Assembly (NCBI GenBank): GCA_013265495.1
Contig: MU058065.1
Location: 8,845,819 to 8,909,818, forward strand
Length of the DNA stretch: 64,000 nt
Source: Vicugna vicugna
Lineage: Eukaryota
Direction of reading: 5' to 3'
The stretch's first letter is position 1. The number at the start of each line of letters is the position of its first letter. Positions 39,961 through 53,599 of the stretch are shown here, piece by piece. A model generated the notes under the pieces. It was not told the DNA's origin and ran no database searches. It was given only the letters and a program-made list of their open reading frames with translations. Position numbers and translations under genes: made by a program.

Positions 39961-40959
39961 ATGATAATAATAGCTAATGAGTTCTTAAAATTCTGCCAAT
40001 TTTGTGGTCTTAACTTTATAGAAAGATATAGACTCTTAAATATACAAGACCATAAGATTCCCTTGTCATACAGAATTTTTCATTGATCAATAATTAAATA
40101 AACAAACTGAACTTTAAAATATAGCTTTTAAATACAATCTCTATCAGCTCAGTCATAACCAAACTTAAAACCTGAGTTCTATAAAGTAAGAGAGAATGGT
40201 TCAGGATTATAAAAATAAGATAGTCTTTTATATTCAGAATGTTTCTCAGTTAAATTTTTGATCAACTATAGCTTCTTTTGCATAGTAATGACATGTAATC
40301 ATACATTTAGGGATTTCAAAATATAGCCATAGCAAATACGTTTTGTTGATATTGCTAGGAACTACTAACTACCCCTCCCACCTTCTCCCCTTTTAAATGC
40401 ATAAGGAAATTGAAACATGCCATCTTATAAACAGGGTAAAATATAATGGTGTATAATAAACAAATTCTGTGGGCAAAAGTTAACATGCAAAAGTTATTGC
40501 TGAGATATTTAAAAACTTGGATTTCTAGAATTTAGGAAGCTTGACAGTTTCTGGGAAAATCTGTATATTTAAGTGGAGAAAATTAGGAAAATAATATAAT
40601 CCTTCTGGAAATTCAAAATATCAAACAGCTCTTCATGTCACAGAGGTATCAAAATGAAGCAGGTGGACCAATGTGATGGAGGATTTGGCCGTATCTCTCT
40701 GCCTCCATCCCTTTCTTAGCACCATCAAGGGTTGGGAAAGGGAAAGATCAGCCTTGCTCATAGGATTCCTTGCAGGATGTCTACTGTAGGTTAGCATTTT
40801 ACTGCTCTGCTTGGACCTGTCTCCTAGGGGATCACTCCTGTAAAAACAATATATCACCTCTTCACATCCAAATCATTTTTCTAATACAACTAAAATTGTT
40901 GCTACTGTAACTTTGGTTGATCAAATTTTGAAACTGGTTTGGATATTCATTCACACTGT

Positions 40960-41668
40960 TCATTTTCACTCTTCTTTTCCTCTCATATCCTATCTGTACT
41001 GACTCAAACTTCAAAATGTTTTCGAGTCTGTCCACCTTTCTCACCCCTGCTACCTGAGTCCAATCTACCATCATCTCTCACCTGGAACTTCAGCAACAGC
41101 ACTCTGACTAGTGTTCCTGCTTCCCCTTTTTGCTCTCTTCATCACATTCTCCACCTACTGGCCCACCAGGTCACATGACTCCCTGATGAAAATCCTCCAG
41201 AGAGGATTTTGCACAAGGAAGGCCTGTTACTGGGCCTCTGCCTATTTCTTCCTTGCTTACTATGCTCTGGCCACACTCACCTTCTTGCAGCTACTGAAAT
41301 ACATCAAGCTTGTGTGTATCTTCCATTTGCTATCCCTCTGCCTTGAGAGTTCTTTGTGTGGCATGTCCTCTTGGTCATCCCAGGCCTCAGTTTAATGTTG
41401 CTGGCTCAAAGAAGCCTTCAGTCAGAAGTAACACTCCCCCATCCTGTTCACCCACTATCACATCACATTTGATGTTCTCCATGGTTACCATTCTCTAAAA
41501 TTACTTTGTTCATTTCTTCCTTTATGTGTATTGATGTTTCTACCTACATGCAGTGTGAGCTCTCTAGGAGCAGGATCTTTCTATTTTGTTGACAGCTGTT
41601 TCTGTAGCACAAAGAACATACTGACATATGATAGGGATTCAAAAGTCATTTGCTGAATGAATAAGTGA
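40960..41668 (+). mobile_element. L2 3' region
   Basis: CCATCATCTCTCACCTGGA...TGTGAGCTCTCTAGGAGCAGGA...ATTTGCTGAATGAATAA. Confidence 0.8.
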
Positions 41669-43324
41669 AAAACAAATTTGATTCTGTTTTCAAGATGGAA
41701 TATCTCTCAATTTCATCCAAAGCCTAGAGGCCCAATGACTCAGACTTGTTACTTTGTTCTAGTATCCTTGGTTTAGGGGGTAAAAAAAAACCACATTCTT
41801 TTCCAGCTTATGATTTGCAAACCTAAAAAAGAGTTGAAAGAAAAATACAAAGAACACCCATATATTCTTCACCTAAATTCAACAATTAACATTTTGCCAC
41901 ATTTGCAATATTTCCCTCTTTCTCTCCACACACACACACACACATCTTTCTAAATAAATTATTACAGTGATGACTATAAAATAGTAATTTTGTTTCTACT
42001 AGTCCTACCCTATTTATTAACTGGCATTATTCATAACCAATGACTTCTTAACACCAGAGCATATGGAGGCAGGTTTGTATTAACAGTGAAGTAGATAGAT
42101 TCTACTACTTTTTGATGATCTTCATGTACTTTTGAGTCAACCCCATTAGTGCAGTCCCCAAACAAAGAGCATGGAACTCAAAGCCCTCAATACTAAAATT
42201 CACTGCTGCCAGAAAAATGAAATTCTAAGATATTCATTTTTCTTCCTTCAGTGTAACAAGTGTAACAGTGTCCCTATATTATTCTATTGTTATTATGATT
42301 GTTCCATCTGGTCCACAGACATTTTAAGCTATTTTGTTGTTAACACTAAAGTCAAAAGGAAAGAAATTGATGATACGTGTTTGCAATATGAGAAACAGTT
42401 TGGAATTGAAAGTTAATTTTAAACATGTATAACATTTTCAGATGGCCCCAGATAACTGAAGAGGAAAACTTGCAGTCAGCATTTCATTACTGCCACTAAT
42501 GCAGTGAGGCAGTAATGCATTATTGTCATAATGTAGACCAGATATTCCCAACAGGATAAACCAAACATAATTTCTTAAGTTTAAAAATATTAAGTATAAT
42601 TTTTGCTCCCAGCAGGTTTGATTAATAATATTTTTTCCACAGGTTAGGATTAGGACTAGTCTGATGGGGAAGGTTGTCTGGAAAAGGAGTCAGGGGAGCC
42701 AATCTGAAATTTGAAATCCTCCACAGGTATAGAAATTACTTCTTTTCAGGCTTTTAATATTGGCTGTTCCACTAATCAAATGATATGAACTTGGATTGCC
42801 TAACTACTGAGATAACCTCAGATAGTTCTAAAACATGTTTATTCATTCATTCAGGAGTGGAATTCTTCTACATGCCACCTATATGCCAGGTGCTGGGAGC
42901 CCCCGCATTTAACACCACAGTTCCTAACATCAAGTGTCATCACTCTCCTCTGGCTCTAAAGAAATCTCTCCCTAAGAAAGTGGGATAGGGTAGAGGTGAC
43001 TGTAGGAAGGGATAAAAGGGGGCAGAAAAAGAATACTAAGAGTCAACAAAGAGTCTGGGCAAAAATAAAGCCTAACAGAAAAATGCAGATGGACCTTACA
43101 GGTGAGATGTGAGTAGGGCAGCCACTGACTATTTAGTCTGAGTATCATGTAGACACTTGATGGAATAGCGAGGGGATCTGAAATCAAAGCCTAGTTCCAC
43201 TTGTCAAACTTCATTCCCTGGAGGGGTGGGGGAGACTTCATCTTCCCCTAAAAACAGGCACCTTTTTTAAATTCATGGTAAGATACTGCATGGGCTGTGT
43301 CCCTGCACCATTAAAACTAAACTT

Positions 43325-43540
43325 ATTTCTCAAAAAAGGGATGTGAGTGGCATTTGGGGCAGGACAGTTCTTTGTTTTATAGAATGGTATAATATGCGGC
43401 AGAATATTTTAGCATCCCTGGTCTCAACCCACTAAATTGCAATAGCATCTCCCCTGCCACCCCACCTGCCCAGTCACTGTGGCAACCAACAGGCCTCCCC
43501 ACACATCTCCAAATGTGTGAGACAACCCTGGTGAGAACTT
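43325..43540. mobile_element. MER20-like element
   Basis: CATTTGGGGCAGGACAGTTCTTTGTT...TTTAGCATCCCTGGTCTCAACCCACTAAAT...CCAAATGT. Confidence 0.75.
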
Positions 43541-44519
43541 TTAGCCAATCCTTTTTAGAGCCAGCTAGATCCTTCTCCAATGGGAAGAATGCCCCGCCAG
43601 CCACACCCTCCAGGGAACTGAGTTGCCTTGGACCTCCAGTGGCCACATCTCTGTTCAGGAATACAGTGTGTGAATGAGAAAAAGCTGACACGCACTTCCC
43701 TCTCAATATCCTCAAACTAATTCCAGTTAACTATCTTACCATGAGTCAGAAATTCAGACTAAAAGGATGGGAAATTTTTTTTGAAAATAAAGGCTTTCTT
43801 CAGATGGCGGCTTAGTGAGGAATCATTAGGTGGTTTGACATAGATTTTCTAATATTGTGACAGTATCACTGTAAGAAACTATTCCCTTGGGGATAACATA
43901 ACTTCAGAATTTCATCTAACTACAGTTGGAGTCATATTTGGTCTCATTCAAGACATCATTTTTAAAGAATTAGTACATAAGGAAAAGTTAGAATAGAGGT
44001 ACCATTGTCTCAAATGCCATGGTAACACACTAAAATATTGATTTTTTAAAAATTCCTCACTTGACACAATTTTTAATAAGTCAATTTTTATTACTTTCAT
44101 TAATTTGTTACAATCAGGATTAAATGGTTTGAAGATATGGTCAGAATAAGAACTACATAATATCATAGCAAAATGCATTTCTAGTTTATGGTGGGTAGAT
44201 CAAAGTTTCAAGGGCCACAAAGAGTTTTATTGGAGTGTAAAGTCCTTTTGTTTTCCTTTAGATAAGATATACATGTAGAAGGCCCATGAGCAGCCATAGT
44301 GCTGGTCAGATGCCAATTTAGGAAAAGAAAGTGACTCTACTTTGCGTTCAGGAATGCAGGGGCCATGTGATATTACTCTATCTCCAGTGGCTGAGCACAG
44401 GGACTAGCATATAGAAGGCCCTCGAAGGAGTGGATAAGTTGAAAAACATTCACTCCTTTCTTCTAGTGTGACAGCCATACACCCTTGGTGATTCTCCCCT
44501 GAATCATACTCAATTCAAC

Positions 44520-44730
44520 AAACTCTGGTTGTTAATAATAAGGCCTCTCATCATTATGCCTTTATCGTGTGCCAGGCACAAGATGACCATTATTTCATTT
44601 GATTATTAAATCAACCTCATGGCATAAGCATTATTATTGACCTTCTCAGATAAAGAAGCCAGATCTTAGAGAGGTCAGTAATTTGTTCTGGATAACATGG
44701 CACTGAATTGCAAATTCAGGTCTCTAAGAC
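44520..44730 (-). mobile_element. MIR SINE
   Basis: TGTGCCAGGCAC...CATTATTTCATTT...CAGATAAAGAAGCCAGATCTTAGAGAGG. Confidence 0.65.
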
Positions 44731-46843
44731 CTGAGTCTATTTATTGAGTGCCTAGTAGGCATGAAGCACTGTACCAGGAGATAGAGAAAGAAGAGCCTCT
44801 GGCCTCTAGTCAGGGAAAGAACCACAACTCACCCCATTCACTATTAAATGGGCTATTAACAGAGGAAGCAACAAGGAAGCAACAAGCGCAATTTAGAGAA
44901 GAGCTAATCCTATGATGATAGGAGAATGATAGGAATTACATGTTGCCTCTCCAGATTCCCAGAGGCAAGCAAGTTATGTAAGCTGAGAAAAATCATCATA
45001 CCTGGGTGTTCAACAATTCTGTCCCCGGCCCTAGTTCTCTTCAGGCAGCTCTGCACACCAGGCCAGTGTATACTGAGCAGCGCTGCTAAGCCTATCAGCG
45101 CTTACCTCAAATGCCCCCAGAAAACTCTTGTGAGATAGCTGTACTCACACACTACCCCTACCTACTTGAAAAGCTTCTCCCTGCTATTTCTGAGAGTCAC
45201 CAAAAGGGATGCCTTACATGGAGAGGCAAATCAAGTCTCTCCTTTCTTACTGGGGTTCCCTCTTGCCAATGTCCACTGCAACTGAAGCTTCCTTAAGGAA
45301 ACTGCTGCCCCCACTGCTGAAGACTGTTAAGCAGGATGCCTGTCAAGGATGCCACTACTAGTTCTGCCTTTACCCCGCAGAGCCATGGGAAATGGGAGGA
45401 AGCCCCCCATCTACAGTCAATTGGTCTCCAAGACCCCCACTGCTAGCAGCCAGTGTCTCTCAAAATAGAATTTCTTCCCCTTTTTTATCACCTTTAAGCA
45501 AAAATTCGTCTCAACAGAAAGAAGCAGCAGCATTCTCTGTGTGATCCCTATCCCGTTTATATGCTTCCAAGAAAAATGTTTTCTTTGCCTACTACTGAAA
45601 TACAAGTAAACATGTATGCACACACACTCATCCAGGGGATTTGGAGATTGAAATCTAGCCCAAGGCCACACAATCAGCCATTTCCCTCACCAAACCAGAA
45701 TGCTTAGTGTCCTGTTCAGGTTAATGGCACTTGCTTTATATTTGTATAATTAAAAGAACCATGCTGGGGTTTTTTTCCCCTAAAACAAAGACAGTTTAAA
45801 TTAAAGATGAATGAATATTTACTTGTAGAAACCAAAAATACATACAAAAAAGTTTATAAATTTTAAAGTTCAGTCTCAGCCAAGACACCTTATTACATCA
45901 AGGCGGAGAAAGGAAGAGTTGGGAATATTAAGTTTGGTGGTTGAAATCATACGTAATAGCAGAGCTAGAGTTAGAATCTAGGTTTTCTGATTCCTAGTCT
46001 AATGCTCTTTCTTCGGGGAGGGTGTGGGGCGGGAGGTAGGTTAAAAGAGGTGTAATGTGATAATTTTTCCTCTCTAGAAGAAAGAAGAATGGATTTCTCT
46101 GTTCTCCCTTGGTTTGCTTTTGGTCAGTTTTTGGTCACTTGCTTGGTATGTGTCATTTCTGGCTCTTGCCTTTTCAACACAACCGACCCTTGTATACTGA
46201 GCTCAGAGGCTCCCTGGTTTTCTGGAATGCTCAGCATGAGTCTCCTCCAATGAGAGAGTTGCACAACCCTCCTCGTTCTAAAAATACGCTTTTTGTTGAA
46301 ATGGCTAAACTATTAAGGTTCATTTTACTGTACTTTGAATTGGATCTAATTTATTTTTTATTGTTTTCCTTTTCATTTCCTGTGTTCTGGTTTTTTGAAC
46401 AAACTGTGATATGCTCCACATGGCCTAGAATCACTTACGTATGCTTTCTTATAAATCACAGCTTCTCCAGATTGTCATTAATGTTCAAACCTTTTCCCTT
46501 AGTATGGTTGCCTAGATATACTTACTGCCAGAGGTCCTGGAACATGATTTTGCCAGTACTAACTGCAATGTTAATATTCTGCTCAGTCTCCCTCTCCCCG
46601 GTCCAGGGAAAGGCTTCTTTTCCTCATCTTCATCAGGAAGTAGAAACCTGTGCATCTGCCAGCTTCATAATGCTCTTGGCCGCTTTGAGTGTGATGCGGA
46701 AAAAAATGCTGAGGGTAGGTTTATAGCAGCTGTTTTACCACATTCCTGTGAAAATGCCTGCAGGCACAGATTGCTCCACTCAAGGCACAAAAAGGCCTTC
46801 TCCAGCTTTGGTAAATCTGCCTTGGCAGATCCCTGTTAGAATG

Positions 46844-47013
46844 CAGGGTCTCAGAGTTTAACGTGCATTAAAAAACATCTTGGGGTGCAGATTTCTGGGA
46901 TGTACTCCCAGAGTTTAGGAACCTGTCCATCTCAGGTAGAGCCTAAGGACCCTTCAGCAGCACCCAGGTGATTCCAATGCAGGCTGTCCACAGAGCATTC
47001 TTTGAGAAATACT
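46844..47013. mobile_element. MER5-type element
   Basis: TGCAGATTTCTGGG...AGCACCCAGGTGATTCCAATGCAGG...CTTTGAGAAATACTG. Confidence 0.7.
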
Positions 47014-49104
47014 GGTTAGGACTTTAGAATTAGGTTCATTATTATTTTAAGATTCTTTTTCTTAAAACCATGGCTGGATGGCCAGTTTTGAGGAATGCCA
47101 GAGGGGATTAACAAACAGGGGAGTGGGCCATACTTCTCAAGTCCCTTCCTTCTCACTTCTTGATTCCATGATTCTGCATTTTTTTTTTGGATTATATATA
47201 ATACATCTAAATCCATGGTATTTAGGCACAGTATAGAGAGGGCTCTTGGCATCTTTTCCCCACTACTGAAGCTCCTGCAAGATAAGGGTTGTGCTAAAAT
47301 GTAGAAAATGTGTGCGTAGAAGCATTGATACCTTTTGGGAGTTATTCTTTGCTAACTAAATAAAACCACAGCCTGCAGTCTATGGTCTCACCCCATTCTC
47401 ACCTTCTGGGCAGTTTGCTTGGTTTTACAAGATTAGGACTGAAGTGAGTAGTTTCTGTAAATAGGAGCAGAGGAGGAATGTGCCCTGAGAACTGAGGTGA
47501 GCCTTAGAACCAAAAAGAGAGGGCTTGGAACATTGGGACAGGGCAGGCTAGGTTCACTTATGGGTGAAACAGACAGATCTTCTGTGGTGTGATTTTAGAA
47601 GAGACAAAGACACTTTGGTATGAAATTTCTGTATAGGGATGAAGGTGGCTGAATGACTCAGACTCTGTAAAGATAAAACTTGTCTTCCTGGAAGGTATTT
47701 CTTAAATTTACACTATTATACACAAAAAATTTCCATGGAAGTTTCCAGAAAGCTGTTTTTAATGGAGAGGGGGGAACTGCCATAGAAAGTTGGAGTGAGG
47801 TGGTGGCGGGGGGGGGGAGAAAGCAAATAAACTGGAGTGTAAAAAATAGATCATTGACACCATGACTGTTCTGATTCTGTTTATCTGTAGGCAAAGACCT
47901 GACTATGTGGCCACCTCAACTAATAGGAGAGAAATTCTAAGCCAATTTAAGCACAAGGGCCCTGACAAAGCAGATGCCACTGTGCTCTCATACTTCAGAG
48001 GAAGGGCCTCCGGTCCTCCCTCAGAACAGCCTCAGGTCTGGCAGTTAAGTGGTAAATATATATTTTAACACAGACAGGGACATCTCTTCAAGGACTTCCC
48101 CAGGACCTACCTCTCACATTGGGAGTTTCCAAACAGGGATAGTCTAAAGGAAGATGTGAGACCAGGCTGGGGAGACAGACCTTAAAGAAAAATCAAAGAC
48201 AGGTAGGGGGGAAGACTCAAAGTGGACAAGAAATTGCAGGAGAGACTGTCAATCTAGACAGACTACCAAGGCCAGAAAATGCAGAAGGGATGGCACCTAG
48301 CACAGTGCTTGGCACTTACAGACATTTCATTAAGTATCATAGAAAGAAGGGAGGGAAGACAGGGTATCCTATTAAAGCTTCCTGAGTTGTTGGAAGAGGT
48401 GGCAGGTTATAAAGTATGCCGTCATGCCTAAAAGACAAGTAGGACCAAATCTAGAATCCAAACAGAAAAGGATATTCGTACTTCCCTTCACAGACCTATG
48501 TAGAAGCACAACGCAGGAAACTAAAGCGGGTAGCTTAGCCTATTGGTAAATGATCCAGAGGCACATTAACACAGACTAGAAGCGAGGTACAAAGATATGC
48601 CTGGCAGGGACTTTCCTGCTGAGAGCTCAGGAGAGGAACTGCCTTGAGGCGGTACGTGTAGCTTGTCCCTTCTGTTCATAGTTGGTGACCCCTGCACTTC
48701 CTTCTCAAATCCCTCTTTCTATATGAAGTTTAGTTTTGCTCCAGAATCAACTGCTGAAATTCAGTGTATGGGGGTGGAAGAAAGGAAATGAGTTAAAGAG
48801 GAAGTAGACAGAGGTCACGAAACAAAGGCACAGTCTTTGATGGAAGCATTTACTTTCTCTTTTGCTTCTGGATGTTGGCTCAAGAAGGACCCTCAAAATC
48901 TGACATCAGCCTGGCCGGAGTAATGTTCTCCAATTTTTCACATCAGCAGCAAGATCTTTTGCTATATCTTTGGGTGGACTTTATTAGTAAATCTTTAACT
49001 CCAGCAACAAGCATTTCCTACATTCCTTCTTCATGCCAGACTATGGTGGGGGACTATCTCTCTTCAGTAGGGGAGAAACAGTACCAGGATTATTCATTTG
49101 CTTG

Positions 49105-49790
49105 AAAGCAAAGACAAATGCTATGAGAGCTCTTAACAAGAAAACATAATTGAGAGGGTGACATTTAAGCCGAGATCTGAAGAGTAGCATTTCATCAGCA
49201 ACAAAGGAGAAAGGTGAGGGTTTCAGGCAGAGGGAACATCATATGCAGAAGCAGTGACAGTTCCCAAATTACAATTTTTTTAAAAAAAATTTTATTTCAT
49301 TGAGTTATCGTCTATTTATAATGTTGTGTTGATTTCCAGTGTAGCCAAATTACAATTTAAGAGGGCGTCAGACGCAGCAATTTGACTGAGTGGTGGACTG
49401 GCAGCTGTTTTTGCATAGATTTACAAAATATCAATTATGCATATCAAAGAAAAGATGGGCTTGGTGCATATTAAAAGATAAAGCCCCTCAACTCTCCCCT
49501 CATGCAATGACCATGCAGGAGCCATGAGACAGGACTGTCCTATTTGAAGAGCTGAAAGAAGGCAATTATGGCCAGAGAATAAACCTCAATGGGAGACAGG
49601 CTGAAGATGCAGCTACATTTAGGCAGAGCCAAGGAGGCCTTGTAGGGAAAATTGAATATTCTTAATTTTATCTTAGGTGTCATGGAAAGCCATTAAGGGT
49701 GTTAAGCTGAAGAATAATATGATGTGATTTACAGCTTAAGATCACTCCGGCTTCTGGAGAGAAATGAACTACAAGGGACAAGGAGCTAAT
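49105..49790 (-). mobile_element. L2 fragment, interrupted at ~49255-49540
   Basis: GGTGACATTTAAGCCGAGATCTGAAG...CAGGCAGAGGGAACA and ATGGAAAGCCATTAAGGGTGTTAAGC...AAGATCACTCCGGCT. Confidence 0.75.
49278..49344 (-). mobile_element. 67-bp extreme 5'-truncated L1 3' tail with a perfect 14-bp TSD
   Basis: CCAAATTACAATTT at 49264-49277 and 49345-49358 flanks TTTATTTCATTGAGTTATCGTCTATTTATAATGTTGTGTTGATTTCCAGTGTAG, which resembles a reversed artiodactyl L1 3' end. Confidence 0.8.
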
Positions 49791-49945
49791 GTATGTTGAA
49801 TCTGCATAGGCCTGTCCTTAAACAATACGCGTACATTACTCACTTAAATCTCACAACAGCCTCCCCGAAGTGGGTGCTATTATCTTCACTTTACAAGTAA
49901 GGGAACTAAGGCCCTTTGAGGTTATGTAAATTGCCCAGCATAACA
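49790..49945 (-). mobile_element. MIR SINE
   Basis: CTCACAACAGCC...TATTATCTTCACTTTACAAGTAAGGGAACTAAGGC. Confidence 0.7.
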
Positions 49946-51079
49946 GAGGGAGTGCAATTTGTTTTATTATCGTACAGTTAATGCACGGGGCTTACTTTAC
50001 ACCCAATAAAATCTCAATGATTGTTTTGTCATAAAATTCTGTAGGTAGTTGATAGTCATATCCAGAATGCAGTGATCATGGAAGGGTTAATACATGTTTT
50101 ATTTCTAGCAAGGGTATGCCTGACACTGGCTGCTCATCTGAGAGATAGTGGATATAGCCACAAATGACTGAAGCTATTATAGGATTTTGCTCTTAAAACC
50201 TCTCTTATCATTGCTAAATGTGCAAAAGACCTCTTTTCACTGTTTTGATCTTTTTGTTAGGTCGTTTTCCAGGAAGCGGTTGCTAGGAGTGAAAAGTTTT
50301 ATTATTTAGAGATAAGTGGAGCTTAGGTAGACCATCTCCTTAAAAAGTACAAAAAAAAAAAACCTACAGTAATTGACTTGAAAAGTATTTTTTGCTACAC
50401 CATTTGTACCAGTCCACCTGCTTTCTATTTACTTACGGCTATCTCCTTCGCTAATGATTCTCTGAAAGCACACACTAAGGTTTGCACCAAAATACTGTCC
50501 TGGAGACTGTTGGAGGCGTCTGCAGGGCTCTACAGAGTCAACAGTTGCCTCTAATGACAGTGAGCACGTGCACACTGAGTGACTACAGAGCTCCATGCCA
50601 TGAGTGTGAATGTCAGCTCACTGCAGAGTACATGAATTACTCTTGAATATAGTTACCTTGATATCTTGATAACGTCTACCACTGGGAGAAAACTCATCGA
50701 GACTGAAACCAGCCAGGTTACAGAGACACTGTTTCACATGCTAGGTGGGAACCCAGGCCCTGGGGTTCTTAGCTGTATCCCTTTGCCCCTTCTCATACCA
50801 TCCCTTAAAGAATATTTGATTATTAACCTAAAGGTGTGTAAACTCTTTATTGCTCTTGCAAAACTGCCATATGCTAGGCTCTTTATAGCTTTTGTCTGGT
50901 CACTGGACTTAAAACATTCTTTAACCTTGTTTGATATTTATAATGTGTCACCCTGCAATTTTCATAATATCTGTTAGAAAAAAATAGACAGGAGATTTCA
51001 TCAGTAAGTGACTAATAGTCTCCAGATAAAAACCACAACTGCTTGTAACTGATGCTCAGAATCCCAGTTTAGACCCAGG

Positions 51080-51225
51080 TGGCACCTTTGAGGTCACTGA
51101 GGCCAAGCTTCCATTTTATAACAGAGGAAACTGAGGCACTGACAGATCAGTGGATTTCCTAGGTCAACCAGTGAGGTAATGGCCAGGCTGGAGCTAAATT
51201 TCAGTTGCCTGACTCTCAGTTCAGA
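51080..51225 (-). mobile_element. MIR SINE
   Basis: CCATTTTATAACAGAGGAAACTGAGGCAC...CCTGACTCTCAGTTCAG. Confidence 0.75.
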
Positions 51226-52349
51226 AAGCCTTTAGAGATCCACACACGTTATTAGAGTATTTAATAAACAAACATAAATTTAGTCTTTGAAATTGGACTT
51301 AAAATTTATTTATTGGATTTCTTACTATGCAAGAACTTGATTTTCCTCTCAATATTTGAGCAGATCCTAGAAAATATAAACACTTGAGGCACTTCCTTTG
51401 GCCTTAGTCACAAATTATTTAGGAAAAACTACAATTAATAAAGGAGACTAAGTTTTCTGCAGAGTCTTCATCTGTGTTCCCCATCCTCTCTTCTTCCTCT
51501 GGTTTTCTTCTTAGTATTTCTGGCATCTTAAGATAAGTATCCCAACCTGTTCATGGGCCCCTGGCCTTACATACTTACAATTTAGGATAACCCTTCATCA
51601 TGTCGAGGCCTTTTCCTACCTTATTTCCTCCTTTGCCTACATAAACTCCCCTGTATAGTATATACTATCCTCTTAGCTCCTCCTTACAGGTAGTATGTTA
51701 GCAAAGCTTGCGTGCTAATCAACATAAATGTTCTCCTGTTTCTGTCTATCCCAAGGTGTCAAGTTCTCACTATTTCAGTCACTCCCTTGGATTAAGACAT
51801 TATTTCTAGAAATGACTGTTAAAATGTAATCAATGTTAGCTGGGAGGTAAAATACATGAAAGCAGTACTGTGTGAAGGCAGTACACCCTGCTAGAATTAA
51901 AACATAAGCCTGTTGTTCTCCAAATTGTAAGCATTGTCCTCTGTACCATGCCTCTTGCAGTAGAAATGTAAAAGCATCCAGTGCTCAACACCAAGTAGCT
52001 AATATATCCTGAGTCTGCAGATGCCTCTAGATGCTTTTTTCCTCCAGCTGAAACACTGATGAAATAGATCAGTGACTATGTAAGTGTGACTTTAAGTAAA
52101 GGATGGATTATGAAGACTTTTTCTTGATTCAAATTACATTTGTCAACTTTGGAATTAGTTGAGGAAATAAGAACAACTAGTGAGAAATGGCATTTAATTT
52201 AAAAAACATAAAGTATGTTTACTTGAATTCACTGATTCCAATATTTCGGGCACACACTTTTAGGCAAATGGTCATTTTAAAGGCTGATCTTAGTATATGC
52301 TGGCTTCTCTATGATACAATGCTTTCTTCTACCTTCCTCCCATATTAGA

Positions 52350-52643
52350 TGGATTAGTCAGGATAGGACAGCCTCAAAAGCACAGACACTTAAAATGACA
52401 AAGTTTCTTTCCTGAACTCACAGGCCCAGGTATACAGAGCAGCCACCAGCTTTAAGCATTAACAGAATAGCATAGGGAAAGAGAGAGTAGAAAATTGCAC
52501 GTTTGCTTTTTAAGCTTATAATCACATTTCTCTGGCCAAAGCAAGCTGCATGGATTCATCCAACTTCTAGGGAGCAGGGACATGCAATCCTACACAGGAG
52601 GAGACTGGAAATATTTAGTGGAGAGTGCTAATAATAACACACC
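52350..52643 (-). mobile_element. Old MaLR LTR (MLT1K-like)
   Basis: CACATTTCTCTGGCCAAAGCAAG...GGAAATATTTAGTGGAGAGTGCTAAT. Confidence 0.65.
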
Positions 52644-52869
52644 AAATTGCTTGTAATTCTGGGAACTTACCATTTAACTTCTCTTTTTTGTTCTTGAAAG
52701 AATGCTTTCATCAACCTCATACACCTGGGTTTCTTCCAAGCAAATGTCATCTACCTTCTAGAATATTCTACAATCTCTCTAATAGGATTTATTTTTATAT
52801 CATCTTTATCCACTGAATGTACATATATGCCTACTGTTTACAGCATCCAGAATACTGTATTTTAATTAG

Positions 52870-53420
52870 GAGTTTATTTATCTGTTTCATCTACCTCCTT
52901 AAACCAAAAGACCATGTCTTATGCATCTCTGTAGTCTCAGCTCCCATCACAATGGTTGGCACAGGTAGATAGTCACTAAAAAACAAAGTGTCCATAAAGT
53001 CCCTTTACAGTCTGAATTTTTAATAAATATCCTCCTCTTTGTGAGATACATTAGACAAGGAACTTACTCAAGATTCAAATAAAATTGTAAAAGTTTTATT
53101 TGTTCTAACACATTTATTTTATAGTTAATAAGTTCTATGTTACATTAAACAGCCTCAGTTATGCTATTGAAAATGATGTTATTCAAAATGATAGTGGATA
53201 TATTGAAAACTAAAAAATATTTAAGTCATCTTGTCCAGTTGGGAGAGAGGCACATGTAAATAATTAAGAGTAATACTGTAAATGAAGATATTACCAAGCA
53301 AGCCCTGATGTAGAAAGAAAGTACCCCTTAACTCTGCCTGAAGAGATCAAGGAAGGCTTCCCACAGAAGACATCATTTGAGCTGAGTTCTTAGGAAACAG
53401 AAGGTATATTTAGATGGGAA
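52870..53420. mobile_element. Two L2 fragments (52870-52985 on +, 53210-53420 on -)
   Basis: CACAATGGTTGGCACAGGTAGATA and GATCAAGGAAGGCTTCCCACAGAAGACATCATTTGAGCTGAG. Confidence 0.6.
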
Positions 53421-53599
53421 TAGTGAGGAGAAATAGGAGGGGTAAAAGCCATAGAGTCAAAAAATATGTGGTACTTTTAAGGCAAGTCACTACAGTGTTG
53501 AACAGATTATTTAATGTTTCTGTGTCAATTTTCTCACCTGCAAAATGAACATACCTATTTGCCCATCTGAAATGGCTGTTACTATTTTTTAAAAAATCA

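Noticed and set aside
43631..43646. CTCF-like GGACCTCCAGTGGCCA
   Set aside because: Mismatches at core positions. Too weak without data.
46109..46726. Longest ORF in the track (205 aa, hydrophobic)
   Set aside because: Non-ATG start, composition driven by T-rich DNA, and no recognisable domain or exon structure. Most likely chance.
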